From: Candidatus Saccharimonadota bacterium
GTDB lineage: Bacteria; Patescibacteriota; Saccharimonadia; Saccharimonadales; JAXHNE01
Assembly (NCBI GenBank): GCA_034520885.1
Contig: JAXHNE010000003.1
Location: 22,073-86,072, forward strand
Length of the DNA stretch: 64,000 nucleotides
Reading direction: 5' to 3'
A program made the position numbers and the translations under genes. The notes beneath the pieces are model-generated. The model had not been told where the DNA came from. It saw nothing but the letters and a program-made list of their open reading frames with translations, and did not search any database. Numbering within the stretch: position 1 is the first letter of the stretch; each line of letters opens with the position of its first letter. Of this stretch, positions 1-8,498 are shown piece after piece.

Positions 1-534
1 CAAGTCTTTGCGCTCACGCCGTTGGCTGGCCGTTAAACGTTCAATGATTGCGCCCACGGCTCCAAGCAATCCGATGGTCATCAGGGATTGATACAAAGAG
101 CCCCCTTGAACGACTAATCTAATCATGAGTACCGCGTAAAAGTATGAAAAGCTGAGCGCGTAGCCCTTGAGCCCGAACCAAAACACCGCCTCCGTGACGG
201 CGTATAACAGTATCAAATCGTACGGTGAGCCGGGCGGTATTACCAACGCGAATAAAAATCCCAGTAGCAAGTGGTTGCCGAGGAACTCGACCAAGTCATC
301 ACTCAGGAATCTTAAGGCTTTGCTGGATACCAGCGCGATCTGGAACAAAAAGGAACCGGCCATTATTACGTAAAACCAGTTACCGATGGAGCTATTAAGA
401 TTGTCGAAAAACGCGTAATCAGCAATCATGGCGACAATCATGCCGATCAATAACACTAGCGACCAATAGTTGTCGTAGAACTTCTTAAACAGACTTTTAT
501 GCGTAACGAGGGGTATATCTTGTTTGCGTGCCAT
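1..534 (-). CDS. integral membrane protein, C-terminus cut by window edge, function unknown
   Basis: Own reverse-strand translation from ATG at 534-532 (MARKQDIPLVTHKSLFKKFYDNYWSLVLLIGMIVAMIADYAFF...) stays open to position 1. It has several hydrophobic segments and is absent from the ORF track because it runs off the window. Confidence 0.5.
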   Translation of the reverse strand, partial: MARKQDIPLVTHKSLFKKFYDNYWSLVLLIGMIVAMIADYAFFDNLNSSIGNWFYVIMAGSFLFQIALVSSKALRFLSDDLVEFLGNHLLLGFLFALVIPPGSPYDLILLYAVTEAVFWFGLKGYALSFSYFYAVLMIRLVVQGGSLYQSLMTIGLLGAVGAIIERLTASQRRERKDL

Positions 535-712
535 AAGCGGTTTCCTCGTTACGTAGTATGCCACGATACGGAAGTAATTAATAGTTTAGGCGGGTTATTC
601 GTAAAAAAGACCGACACGACTTTGTCGTATTTCACGGTAGGCCAAGTAGTGAGCCTTCGAGACATTCACTTCGTGAATGAGAAGGAAGATCTCGAAGATC
701 TACTACTTGCCC

Positions 713-785
713 GTGGGTACCAGGATTCGTCCAGCCCATTAAATCCATTCAGGTGGCAGGGGCGGAGGGACTCGTCCAGCCCTTG
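713..785 (-). repeat. two tandem degenerate copies of the tRNA-Trp 3' end (785-754 and 737-713)
   Basis: Minus strand reads CAAGGGCTGGACGAGTCCCTCCGCCCCTGCCA, then ...GGGCTGGACGAATCCTGGTACCCAC. Compare the genuine 3' end GGCCGGGTTCGAATCCTGGTACCCCTGCCA. No cloverleaf can be drawn. Confidence 0.5.
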
Positions 786-861
786 TGGCAGGGGTACCAG
801 GATTCGAACCCGGCCTTTGGGTTTTGGAGACCCACGTGCTAGCCGCTAACACTATACCCCT
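786..861 (-). tRNA. trnW: tRNA-Trp (anticodon CCA), CCA encoded
   Basis: Minus strand AGGGGTATAGTGTTAGCGGCTAGCACGTGGGTCTCCAAAACCCAAAGGCCGGGTTCGAATCCTGGTACCCCTGCCA. Acceptor AGGGGTA/TACCCCT, anticodon stem TGGGT/ACCCA with loop CTCCAAA, T-loop TTCGAAT. Confidence 0.9.
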
Positions 862-871
862 ATCACAAGGG

Positions 872-925
872 CTGGGTTGGAGACCCGTGCTCTACATCCG
901 CTATACAGCGGAGAGCTATACCCCT
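872..925 (-). repeat. degenerate 5'-half copy of tRNA-Trp
   Basis: Minus strand AGGGGTATAGCTCTCCGCTGTATAGCGGATGTAGAGCACGGGTCTCCAACCC. It has the same acceptor and anticodon-arm words as the intact gene, but an oversized D-loop and no T-arm. Confidence 0.45.
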
Positions 926-1134
926 ATAAAATGGTTTTAACGTCCGTGCCGAACGTTGACGAATTATAGCGTATTTTACCGGCCGACGACACCCGCTTAC
1001 GGGTAAATCGTCTTTATTAATGGAGGCAAATCTGTTATACAATAGACTGACATGAGTCTCGCTAGAAATACAATTCATTGGAGTACGGAACTTTTTGGTG
1101 ACGTATTGTTTGATGTGAGAGGAGTTCTAGCGGG

Positions 1135-1797
1135 ATGAGCAAGATCCAATTACATAAACCGACACTCATAATGTTGTACGGTTACCCGGGCGCCGGCAAA
1201 ACCTATTTTGCGCGGCAGTTCTGCGAAGAAGTAGCCGCCGCTCACGTGCACGATGATAAAATTCGCCACGAAATTTTTGAACGGCCACGTTTCGACAAAC
1301 GAGAAAACCAGATATTGCAACAGCTTATGCAGTACATGACCGAGGAGTTTCTGAAAGCCAACGTGAGCGTGGTGTTCGATACCAACGCCATGCGCCTTGG
1401 CCATAGGCGACTGTTGCGGGACTTGGCCCGGAAATTTAATGCCAAACCGGAGCTGATATGGCTGCAAATTGATGCCGAGTCGGCGTACCAACGTTCCAGC
1501 AAGCGGGATCGGCGCAAAGCCGACGACAAGTACGGGGTGGAGATAAACAAGGACATGTTCGCCAAAGTCGCTAACTTTATGCAAAACCCTTCCCTTACCG
1601 AAGAATATATCGTGTTAAGTGGCAAACATACCTACGATACGCAATCCAAAATGCTTTTAAAGAAATTCTATGACGGCGGTTTATTGGACGCCCAAAACGC
1701 TTCCAGTAAGCTGGCAAGACCGGAGTTAATGAATCGTATCCCGAACCCGCTGGCCGGACGAGTGGATAACTCGCGCCGCAACATTCGCATCCGTTAA
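1135..1797 (+). CDS. P-loop kinase-like ATP-binding protein (AAA_33 / zeta-toxin-like fold)
   Basis: Walker A motif YGYPGAGKTYF close to the N-terminus; 220-aa ORF with an AGGAG-like RBS upstream. Confidence 0.55.
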   Translation: MSKIQLHKPTLIMLYGYPGAGKTYFARQFCEEVAAAHVHDDKIRHEIFERPRFDKRENQILQQLMQYMTEEFLKANVSVVFDTNAMRLGHRRLLRDLARKFNAKPELIWLQIDAESAYQRSSKRDRRKADDKYGVEINKDMFAKVANFMQNPSLTEEYIVLSGKHTYDTQSKMLLKKFYDGGLLDAQNASSKLARPELMNRIPNPLAGRVDNSRRNIRIR

Positions 1798-1799
1798 GC

Positions 1800-2498
1800 A
1801 TGCCTTATAAAAACATAAACATTGAAAACATCGGAACCGTAAAAATCTATAAACGGCGCGGCGTACGCAGTATTCGCCTGAGTATTGTCGGTGACGGTTC
1901 GGTGCGCGTCACGCAACCCAAGTGGCTTCCCTATAAAGCCGGTATTGAATTCGCCCAAAGCCGGAAACAATGGATTTCTAAAAACCAAAAACCCAGGGAA
2001 GAGCTGATTAATAACCAGCGCGTGGGTAAATCCTATAAATTGGCGTTCGGGCGTGGCCAGGGGCTTACGGCTCCCAAGACACGCGTGCAAAACGGATACG
2101 TTACCGTCACTCTCCCTCCTCGTATGTATCCTGGCGATCATCTCTCCCAACAGGCCGCCACCAAAGCCGTGGAACGGGCACTCAAAAAAGACGCCGAAAA
2201 GTTATTAGTTCCCCGGGCGAAGTTGCTCGCCACGCGTCACGGATTCCAATTTAAAAGCGTGCGGGTCAAAAAGCTCAAAAGCCGGTGGGGTAGCTGCTCG
2301 CAAAACAAAGACATCGTGCTAAGTAGTTACTTGATACAGTTGCCGTGGCATCTTATTGATTACGTGATCTTGCATGAGCTACAACACACGACCATGTTGG
2401 CGCACGGAAAAGACTTTTGGCTCTCCCTGGAGCGCCACGTGGAAGGGCTGGCGGATATTCGAAAAGATATGAAGAAGTTCCAGGCCAGAGTGATCTGA
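1800..2498 (+). CDS. YgjP/DUF45-type metal-dependent hydrolase (M48-like)
   Basis: C-terminal signature WGSCS...IDYVILHELQHTTMLAHGKDFW (HExxH plus H..FW), typical of the DUF45 family. Confidence 0.7.
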   Translation: MPYKNINIENIGTVKIYKRRGVRSIRLSIVGDGSVRVTQPKWLPYKAGIEFAQSRKQWISKNQKPREELINNQRVGKSYKLAFGRGQGLTAPKTRVQNGYVTVTLPPRMYPGDHLSQQAATKAVERALKKDAEKLLVPRAKLLATRHGFQFKSVRVKKLKSRWGSCSQNKDIVLSSYLIQLPWHLIDYVILHELQHTTMLAHGKDFWLSLERHVEGLADIRKDMKKFQARVI

Positions 2499-2534
2499 TA
2501 CGTAAACAAAAGCGTTTTATTTTGCCGGTCTCGT

Positions 2535-3716
2535 GTGCATAATATTGGTATGCAGGAATCTCCCAAGCCGCCGCGTAAGACGGTGCAAAGTGCAGAGCTG
2601 GAGCGCGAACGCCTTACCAGCCTGGTTAACAGCATGGCCGACGGCGTGATTGCGATTGACGACCAACTGGATATCGTGGTGAGCAACGGCGCCGCGCTGA
2701 ATATTCTGGACGTCAATGCCACCGTTAACGGCAAATCCATTGCCGACTTTCTGCGCCTGGTGGATAAAAACGGCGAAAAAGTGGATATTAAAAAGTTCAT
2801 TCAAGACGTGAAAACTCCCTACAGTACGCGTGACTGGCGCGTCGTGTACGGGGAGAACGACGAAATAAACGTCTACGTGAGTATCGCGCCGGTGCGCTTG
2901 GGCTTCGGTCAAGAAGGAATGCACGGGTACGTAATTTTGCTTCGCGACATAACCCGGGAAAAATCGCTGGAAGAAGAGCGTGACGAGTTCATAAGCGTCG
3001 TCAGCCACGAGCTGCGTACTCCGGTTACTATCGCCGAAGGCAACATAGGTAATATGGAGTTTTTACTGGAAAAGAACGGTATCGAGGACAAAATGCTCAA
3101 CGAAGCCGTCTCGCAAGCCCATACCCAAATTACGTTTTTGGCCGGGCTGATTAACGACTTGGCAACGCTTTCACGAGCGGAACGCGGCAAACTACACGTA
3201 GAGGTGGAGTCCATAAACGTACACGAACTTATAGACGATCTGGTCGGCAGTTATAAGGCCGATGCCGAGAAAAAGGGTCTGCAGCTAAAAAATGAACAAG
3301 ACCCCAACCTGGAGTTGTTGCGGTCCAGCAGGCTGTACGTCCGCGAAATCCTGCAAAACTTCATTACCAATTCCATAAAATACACCCAAGAAGGAAGCGT
3401 ACTGATCGGAGCCAGCCAAAAAGCCGGGGGCGTTGAGTTTTATGTGACTGATACCGGGATCGGTATGAGCAAAGCCGATAAAGAAAAGGTGTTTGATAAG
3501 TTTTTCCGCAGCGAGGATTTTCGCACCCGCGCCAATAGCGGAACCGGCCTGGGCTTATACGTCACCATGAAATTGTCTCGTCTGGTGCGGGCCGATATTA
3601 GCGTGGAGAGCGAACTCAACAAAGGCTCGACATTTTCGATTTACTTTCCCAACCTCCAACCGGAGAACACGCCCCAATCCGGGAAGACCGACTCTACGCC
3701 TTCGGCAAGCGCTTGA
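2535..3716 (+). CDS. sensor histidine kinase with PAS-like N-terminal domain
   Basis: H-box SHELRTP, N-box ILQNFITNSIKYT, G1 DTGIGM, G2 GTGLGL. No response regulator is adjacent. Confidence 0.85.
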   Translation: MHNIGMQESPKPPRKTVQSAELERERLTSLVNSMADGVIAIDDQLDIVVSNGAALNILDVNATVNGKSIADFLRLVDKNGEKVDIKKFIQDVKTPYSTRDWRVVYGENDEINVYVSIAPVRLGFGQEGMHGYVILLRDITREKSLEEERDEFISVVSHELRTPVTIAEGNIGNMEFLLEKNGIEDKMLNEAVSQAHTQITFLAGLINDLATLSRAERGKLHVEVESINVHELIDDLVGSYKADAEKKGLQLKNEQDPNLELLRSSRLYVREILQNFITNSIKYTQEGSVLIGASQKAGGVEFYVTDTGIGMSKADKEKVFDKFFRSEDFRTRANSGTGLGLYVTMKLSRLVRADISVESELNKGSTFSIYFPNLQPENTPQSGKTDSTPSASA

Positions 3717-5175
3717 TAACGTGCATGGCCGGTATACAAATATTGCGGCCTTTCCACTGCACCTTGCCGAACTCGTACTTGACCATCGAAGTCAGCGTTA
3801 AACCGATTTCGGTTAAAATGGCCACCGGAAGATTAAACAACGCCACGGTGCTGTGTAAGGGGTGACTGGCGGACATGATCGCGTAATGGGTAGCCACCAG
3901 TAATATGGTAGCCAAAGCGGCCAGAATGGTCGCGGTGGTCGGTCCGCTCCATAGCCAACTTACGGTAAGCACCAAAGGTCCGAGTAACAGCAGTGTTTCG
4001 ATAAATAGTAAAAATAGTACGTTTTCTGGGCGTTTGCGTAGCGAGGGGTACTTTATTCTCACGGCGGTTTTGAGTTGCTCTTCAATGGGCTTGACGGTGT
4101 TCACCTCTAACTGCTCATCGGCTCGGATGAAAGCGTAGCCGTCGGATTTAACCATTACGCGGGCAAAAAACCTCTCAGGCAAAATGTTATGGCTGACTCC
4201 TTTGAAACGCCCGGCTTCGTTAAGTTCTTTCCGGGATATGAGCCAACAGGTACTTAAAACCGGCGGTCGATTAAACGTGCGGCGCGGTAAGGCCAATTCC
4301 CACCAGTAGCGCAACGGCTGCACCAGGGACGTGTCCACACCACCACCGATACGAAAAGGCAATACGCTCATCATGTCGCGTTTTTTGTCTTTCATGGTGG
4401 TGACCAGGGCACGAATGGCACGCGGGCCGAAGCGGACGTCCACGCCGCAAAACAGCACGATTTCGCCGCTGGCATGCGAGGCAAGCGTTTCGTAGGCCTG
4501 ATTTTTGGCCAACCAACGGTCAGCCGGCGGGTCGCCCTGAATGAAACGTACGCCGTCGTGCGCGAAATCGCGGATAACTTCCGCGGTTCGATCTTGCGAA
4601 CAGTCGTCCAGCACCAATACCTCCAACTTGGGGTAATCATTGGCCAGTACGCTGCGGATACAAGAAGCCAGGTCGTTGGTTTCATTACGCGCGGGGATAG
4701 CTACCGTCACGGTGGGCAATTCTTTGTCGGTAAAATGATGATTCGTGGCGTGGTGTTTGGTTTTTTGCAAGTTTTTGGCGGTAAACGCCAGCAGAAGAAG
4801 CGCGGCGATCACTTGCGCGGCGGCCAAGGCGGTAAGTAGCGTCGTGCCGGCGACGTTCATCACGGCTTCATGGGCACCGACCACCAGAAGTGTCGCGAGC
4901 CCCAACACCAACGAAGTACGCCTCGCGGTTCGCCACTGATAATCGGGGTGGATATCCGGCTTATTCATTTTTAGCATGTTCAAAATTCGAAACAACGCGA
5001 TCAGTCCGAGCAACCACCACAAGCCCACTTTTGGTTCGATAAGGGCAAATCCGAGCCAGACGCTTACCGCCACCAAAGGTACTACCACCAAAAAACGGCG
5101 GTAGTTCCATAAAATTCGGAGTCGTGTGAGCAAAATTTCGGCAATAATACCACCCACAAGCACAAGCATCATCAT
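3694..5175 (-). CDS. membrane-embedded family 2 glycosyltransferase
   Basis: VTVAIPARNE and LVLDDCSQD (DxD-type) motifs flanked by multiple TM helices at both ends. Confidence 0.75.
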   Translation of the reverse strand: MMMLVLVGGIIAEILLTRLRILWNYRRFLVVVPLVAVSVWLGFALIEPKVGLWWLLGLIALFRILNMLKMNKPDIHPDYQWRTARRTSLVLGLATLLVVGAHEAVMNVAGTTLLTALAAAQVIAALLLLAFTAKNLQKTKHHATNHHFTDKELPTVTVAIPARNETNDLASCIRSVLANDYPKLEVLVLDDCSQDRTAEVIRDFAHDGVRFIQGDPPADRWLAKNQAYETLASHASGEIVLFCGVDVRFGPRAIRALVTTMKDKKRDMMSVLPFRIGGGVDTSLVQPLRYWWELALPRRTFNRPPVLSTCWLISRKELNEAGRFKGVSHNILPERFFARVMVKSDGYAFIRADEQLEVNTVKPIEEQLKTAVRIKYPSLRKRPENVLFLLFIETLLLLGPLVLTVSWLWSGPTTATILAALATILLVATHYAIMSASHPLHSTVALFNLPVAILTEIGLTLTSMVKYEFGKVQWKGRNICIPAMHVIKRLPKA

Positions 5176-5204
5176 GACCTTACTATAGCAAACCGCCGTG
5201 CCTA

Positions 5205-5233
5205 TTGACTATTGCCGATCGTTTGCGTACTAT
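5205..5233 (+). promoter_or_regulatory. sigma70-like promoter upstream of secE-nusG
   Basis: TTGACT (5205-5210), 17-nt spacer, TACTAT (5228-5233). Confidence 0.35.
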
Positions 5234-5244
5234 TGACAACAGCG

Positions 5245-5271
5245 ACCTACCAATCTCATGGTAGGTTTTTT
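5245..5271 (+). terminator. intrinsic terminator/attenuator hairpin in the secE leader
   Basis: ACCTACCA / TGGTAGGT 8-bp stem with a 6-nt loop, followed by TTTTTT. Confidence 0.45.
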
Positions 5272-5327
5272 AAATGTCAAATGTTCGGGTTCATGGAGCT
5301 TGAATTCGGAAAAGGAGCATAAAGGGA

Positions 5328-5726
5328 GTGGCAGACAAAAAGAAACGGACGGTCAAAAGGAGCGAAACTTTACGCGAGCGCAGCCAAAAGGAAGCGTCCA
5401 AGTCCGACAAACCTACCAAACGGCGGCGAGTGGTCAAAACCGCTTCCAAGCCCATAAAGGGAGCTTCCAAAGCCGGACGCAAAGAGTACCACCCGTTCAA
5501 ACTTCCCGATAATAAATTCGGACGTCGGTTGAATAAGCGAGCTCACATTATGCCGAAGTACTTCCGTGAAGCCTGGGAGGAAATCAAGCAAGTGGAGTGG
5601 CCGGACGCCCGGGAAACTACCAAACTGACTACCGCGGTGATCGTGTTCGCCTTGGTGCTCGGAGCGGTCGTGTACGTACTCGACTTCGGATTGAATAAAA
5701 TATTCAGAGAGGTGTTATTAGGATAG
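5328..5726 (+). CDS. secE: preprotein translocase subunit SecE with long basic N-terminal extension
   Basis: C-terminal WPDARETTKLTTAVIVFALVLGAVVYVLDFGLNKIF (single TM). GTG start after an AGGGAG RBS; lies immediately upstream of nusG. Confidence 0.8.
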   Translation: MADKKKRTVKRSETLRERSQKEASKSDKPTKRRRVVKTASKPIKGASKAGRKEYHPFKLPDNKFGRRLNKRAHIMPKYFREAWEEIKQVEWPDARETTKLTTAVIVFALVLGAVVYVLDFGLNKIFREVLLG

Positions 5727-5802
5727 TCCCCTTAGAAGTTTCGGGATTTTGGATAAAGGTATGAATGTATGAACAAATCAGAAGGAAAGGATTTTTAACG
5801 GG

Positions 5803-6345
5803 ATGGCAAAACGATACGATTCACAAAAACAGTGGTACGCGATCCACACTTATAGCGGATACGAAGAAAAGGTCGCGGAAAGCATCCGCCAACGCGCGGA
5901 AAGCTTGGACATGAACGACAAGATCTTTCAGATTATCGTACCCAAGGAAAAGATGATCGAGGTCAAAAACGGCAAGCGCCGCGTGGTGGAGAAGAAAATC
6001 TTCCAAGGCTACGTCATCGTGGAAATGAAAATGAGCGAAGACGCCTGGTACATCGTGCGCAATACGCCGTCGGTCACCGGTTTCGTGGGCTCCGGCAGCG
6101 AACCGACGCCGATCGGGCAGGACGAAGTCGACAAAATCCTAAAACGCATGGGCCGCGAAGAACCCAAGCACAAGATCGACTTCAAAGAAGGCGAAGTGGT
6201 CAACATTACCGACGGGCCGTTCAAAGGTTTCGACGGCACCATTAACGAAGTCGACGAAGCCAAAGGTAAACTGAAAGTCCTAGTCAACATGTTCGGCCGC
6301 GAAACACCGGTAGAACTCGACAGCTTACAAGTAAAGCGAGTGTAA
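5803..6345 (+). CDS. nusG: transcription termination/antitermination factor NusG
   Basis: NGN domain (WYAIHTYSGYEEKV) and KOW motif (GEVVNITDGPFKGFDGTINEVD). Confidence 0.95.
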   Translation: MAKRYDSQKQWYAIHTYSGYEEKVAESIRQRAESLDMNDKIFQIIVPKEKMIEVKNGKRRVVEKKIFQGYVIVEMKMSEDAWYIVRNTPSVTGFVGSGSEPTPIGQDEVDKILKRMGREEPKHKIDFKEGEVVNITDGPFKGFDGTINEVDEAKGKLKVLVNMFGRETPVELDSLQVKRV

Positions 6346-6349
6346 AATG
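6308..6349 (+). repeat. nusG 3'-end repeat, copy 1 (the functional nusG end plus the next ATG)
   Basis: CGGTAGAACTCGACAGCTTACAAGTAAAGCGAGTGTAAAATG, identical over 42 bp to 7147-7188. Confidence 0.9.
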
Positions 6350-6637
6350 AGCCAAGAAAAACCTACTAGTCTAAATGGTGCACTACATTTACGTTTTATG
6401 ACACCTTCTAGCGAAGAGTTTGAGTATTGTGATACGGACTCTGTAATAATTGGAGCACTCCAGAAAGATCCTGAGCAAACTCTAGATACGATTACAGGTG
6501 TTCGCAACTGGGCTGAAGAACATGCCTGCACTACAGATGCAGGGATTCGTATAATTTCAAGGTTGATCGATGCCAGTATCGGTAACTATGAAGGCAGTAG
6601 AACTCGACAGCCTCCAAGTAAAACGAGTTTAGCATGA
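6347..6637 (+). CDS. hypothetical protein (orphan, 96 aa)
   Basis: ATG lies 1 nt after the nusG stop. More AT-rich than flanks by eye; no recognisable motif. Confidence 0.4.
   Translation: MSQEKPTSLNGALHLRFMTPSSEEFEYCDTDSVIIGALQKDPEQTLDTITGVRNWAEEHACTTDAGIRIISRLIDASIGNYEGSRTRQPPSKTSLA
6597..6636 (+). repeat. nusG 3'-end repeat, copy 2 (diverged)
   Basis: GTAGAACTCGACAGCCTCCAAGTAAAACGAGTTTAGCATG. There are six differences from copy 1. In the NusG frame it still reads VELDSLQVKRV-stop, preceded by ATG AAG GCA. Confidence 0.85.
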
Positions 6638-6873
6638 ATATATTGAATAGAAATCTTGAAAGAGACCCACGCAGTGGTTTTTCGTGGCGTGAAGCCCGAA
6701 TCGAGGCTGAGGTCGGAGCTATAGCAATCGCAATGTCGCCATTAGGGCTCGTTGAAGGAGGTGGTGGTCCTATCGCCACTGTTTTAATGGCAGGGGTGGG
6801 TGCGCTAGCTATTGGCCACGGTCTAAACCAGCTGCGGAATCTCGATGAATGGGATAGAAGACAGCGGGGGTAA
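6634..6873 (+). CDS. hypothetical small membrane protein (79 aa, Gly/Ala-rich helices)
   Basis: ATGA stop-start overlap with the previous ORF; hydrophobic core AIAIAMSPLGLVEGGGGPIATVLMAGVGALAIGHG. Confidence 0.4.
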   Translation: MNILNRNLERDPRSGFSWREARIEAEVGAIAIAMSPLGLVEGGGGPIATVLMAGVGALAIGHGLNQLRNLDEWDRRQRG

Positions 6874-6875
6874 AA

Positions 6876-7184
6876 ATGGCAAATTCTGCTGATATTTTAG
6901 AAAAAGCCAAAGGTTATCTGATGAGCATGGAGTATGAAAACAGGGGTCGCCCGGGTGAAACTTATGAGCGCGCTATGGGTATCAGTGACATATGGCTTTG
7001 TGAGGAAATTGATGATGCATTCGAGAGAGGCGACTTAGATGCAATTAGGAACATCGGAGCGGCTGCATTCACCCGTCGATTTCAGACGGATTCTTCACCA
7101 AGTATTATCCGAACCGGTGCCGCGTTTAGTTTAGCAACTAAGAAGGCGGTAGAACTCGACAGCTTACAAGTAAAGCGAGTGTAA
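6876..7184 (+). CDS. hypothetical protein (102 aa) ending in the NusG C-terminal peptide
   Basis: The C-terminus ...KKAVELDSLQVKRV is encoded by repeat copy 3. Confidence 0.4.
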   Translation: MANSADILEKAKGYLMSMEYENRGRPGETYERAMGISDIWLCEEIDDAFERGDLDAIRNIGAAAFTRRFQTDSSPSIIRTGAAFSLATKKAVELDSLQVKRV

Positions 7185-7188
7185 AATG
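7147..7188 (+). repeat. nusG 3'-end repeat, copy 3
   Basis: 42/42 identical to 6308-6349, including TAA-A-ATG. Confidence 0.9.
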
Positions 7189-7548
7189 CCGTACCCAGAA
7201 GGCCCTCCTATTCGTAAAGAGGTTCATCAAAATGATTTTGAGATTCCTGACTGGGTGAACCAAGGCAGCACTCTTGACTTTGAAGAGCTGGAGTTTGGAG
7301 ATTTATGGAACGAACTTTCTACTAACCGTCAAAGAGCATTAAAGATATTTGGCAGTGCTGTTACCACATTTGCTGGCTTTACTATGATCTACTATGACGT
7401 CATGAATGATGGTGTGCTATCTGCCGTTTCTGGTTCAATAGGTAGTCCAACTGTGTTCGGGAGTACGGTGTATGGTATGTGGCACGGATGTATCTTACTG
7501 GCAGACAAGATGGCTGACTTCACTAGCCAAGATCGCAAACATGGATGA
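7186..7548 (+). CDS. hypothetical membrane protein (120 aa)
   Basis: ATG lies 1 nt after the preceding stop (same context as after nusG); hydrophobic segments FGSAVTTFAGFTMIYY and GSTVYGMWHGCILL. Confidence 0.4.
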   Translation: MPYPEGPPIRKEVHQNDFEIPDWVNQGSTLDFEELEFGDLWNELSTNRQRALKIFGSAVTTFAGFTMIYYDVMNDGVLSAVSGSIGSPTVFGSTVYGMWHGCILLADKMADFTSQDRKHG

Positions 7549-7888
7549 AGCGTATAGGAATACGCTCGAGAATGTAGAGGCATACTTTGCAGACGTTTTT
7601 CCAGGTGCATTTATAAATATCGAGGACATTCCAATGCCTGCCGCGCAATTAATTAACCTAACCCAAGCTGGGTTCGGTGCAGCTGAGGTTGTTCTTCCGA
7701 GTGGTGACGAAGTTATAGCAACATTCGTGATCGATGAAGAAACAATCGCCGCGAAGGCAATTTCAAGCATCTATGATGCTGAACAAGAAGGCTTGCTTGC
7801 TCCAGGTATTCACGACAAAGCTATGGATGACATCGCAAGAGGCACATTTCACTCACGCTGGGCTGACTTTATCTCCCACAAACAGTAA
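7541..7888 (+). CDS. hypothetical acidic protein (115 aa)
   Basis: In-frame ATG at 7541 gives an ATGGATGA overlap with the previous stop; the ORF track gives a longer version from 7472. Confidence 0.4.
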   Translation: MDEAYRNTLENVEAYFADVFPGAFINIEDIPMPAAQLINLTQAGFGAAEVVLPSGDEVIATFVIDEETIAAKAISSIYDAEQEGLLAPGIHDKAMDDIARGTFHSRWADFISHKQ

Positions 7889-8066
7889 GTAACTAGAGTG
7901 AATATATGTGCACGAGGCTAGACAACGGGGGTGATTTGTAGTACAATTGTGCAGTTACGCACCAGCGACATAGATGTCGCCGTTGTCAGTTGTCTGTCGT
8001 CAGTTATCTGTGAACTAACTGAATACGGAGTACTGATTACTGACTACTAACTTACGGAGTAAATTT

Positions 8067-8498
8067 ATGGCAAAAAAGATCACCGCCAATTTAAAGATGA
8101 AAATTCCCGCTGGGAAGGCCAATGCCGGTCCGCCCGTGGGTTCCACGCTCGGGCAATACGGCGTGAATATGATGGATTTCGTAAATCCGTTCAATGAACA
8201 AACCAAAGACATGGGGAACATCACCGTCACGGCACACATCACCGTGTACGAGGACCGCAGCATGGATTTCCGCATAGTCGGCGAACCGACGGACGATAAA
8301 ATCCGTCGCGTATTAGGCGTGGACAAAGGCTCCGGTACGCCCAATACCGAGAAATTGGATAAAAAGCTTACCGACGCCCAAGTGACCGAAATCGCCGAAG
8401 AAAAGGCCGAGGACATGAACACCACCGATGTAGAAGCCGTAAAGAAAATGGTCGCCGGAACCGCCCGCAGCATGGGCGTGGTGATTGAGGGTAGATGA
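8067..8498 (+). CDS. rplK: 50S ribosomal protein L11
   Basis: MAKKITANLKMKIPAGKANAGPPVGSTLGQYGVNMMDF... matches the canonical L11 N-terminus. Confidence 0.95.
   Translation: MAKKITANLKMKIPAGKANAGPPVGSTLGQYGVNMMDFVNPFNEQTKDMGNITVTAHITVYEDRSMDFRIVGEPTDDKIRRVLGVDKGSGTPNTEKLDKKLTDAQVTEIAEEKAEDMNTTDVEAVKKMVAGTARSMGVVIEGR

Noticed and set aside
754-785. A possible second tRNA, because the segment ends in ...CCCCTGCCA.
   Set aside because: No T-arm, anticodon arm or matching 5' acceptor strand can be drawn, so I interpret it as a degenerate 3'-end copy.
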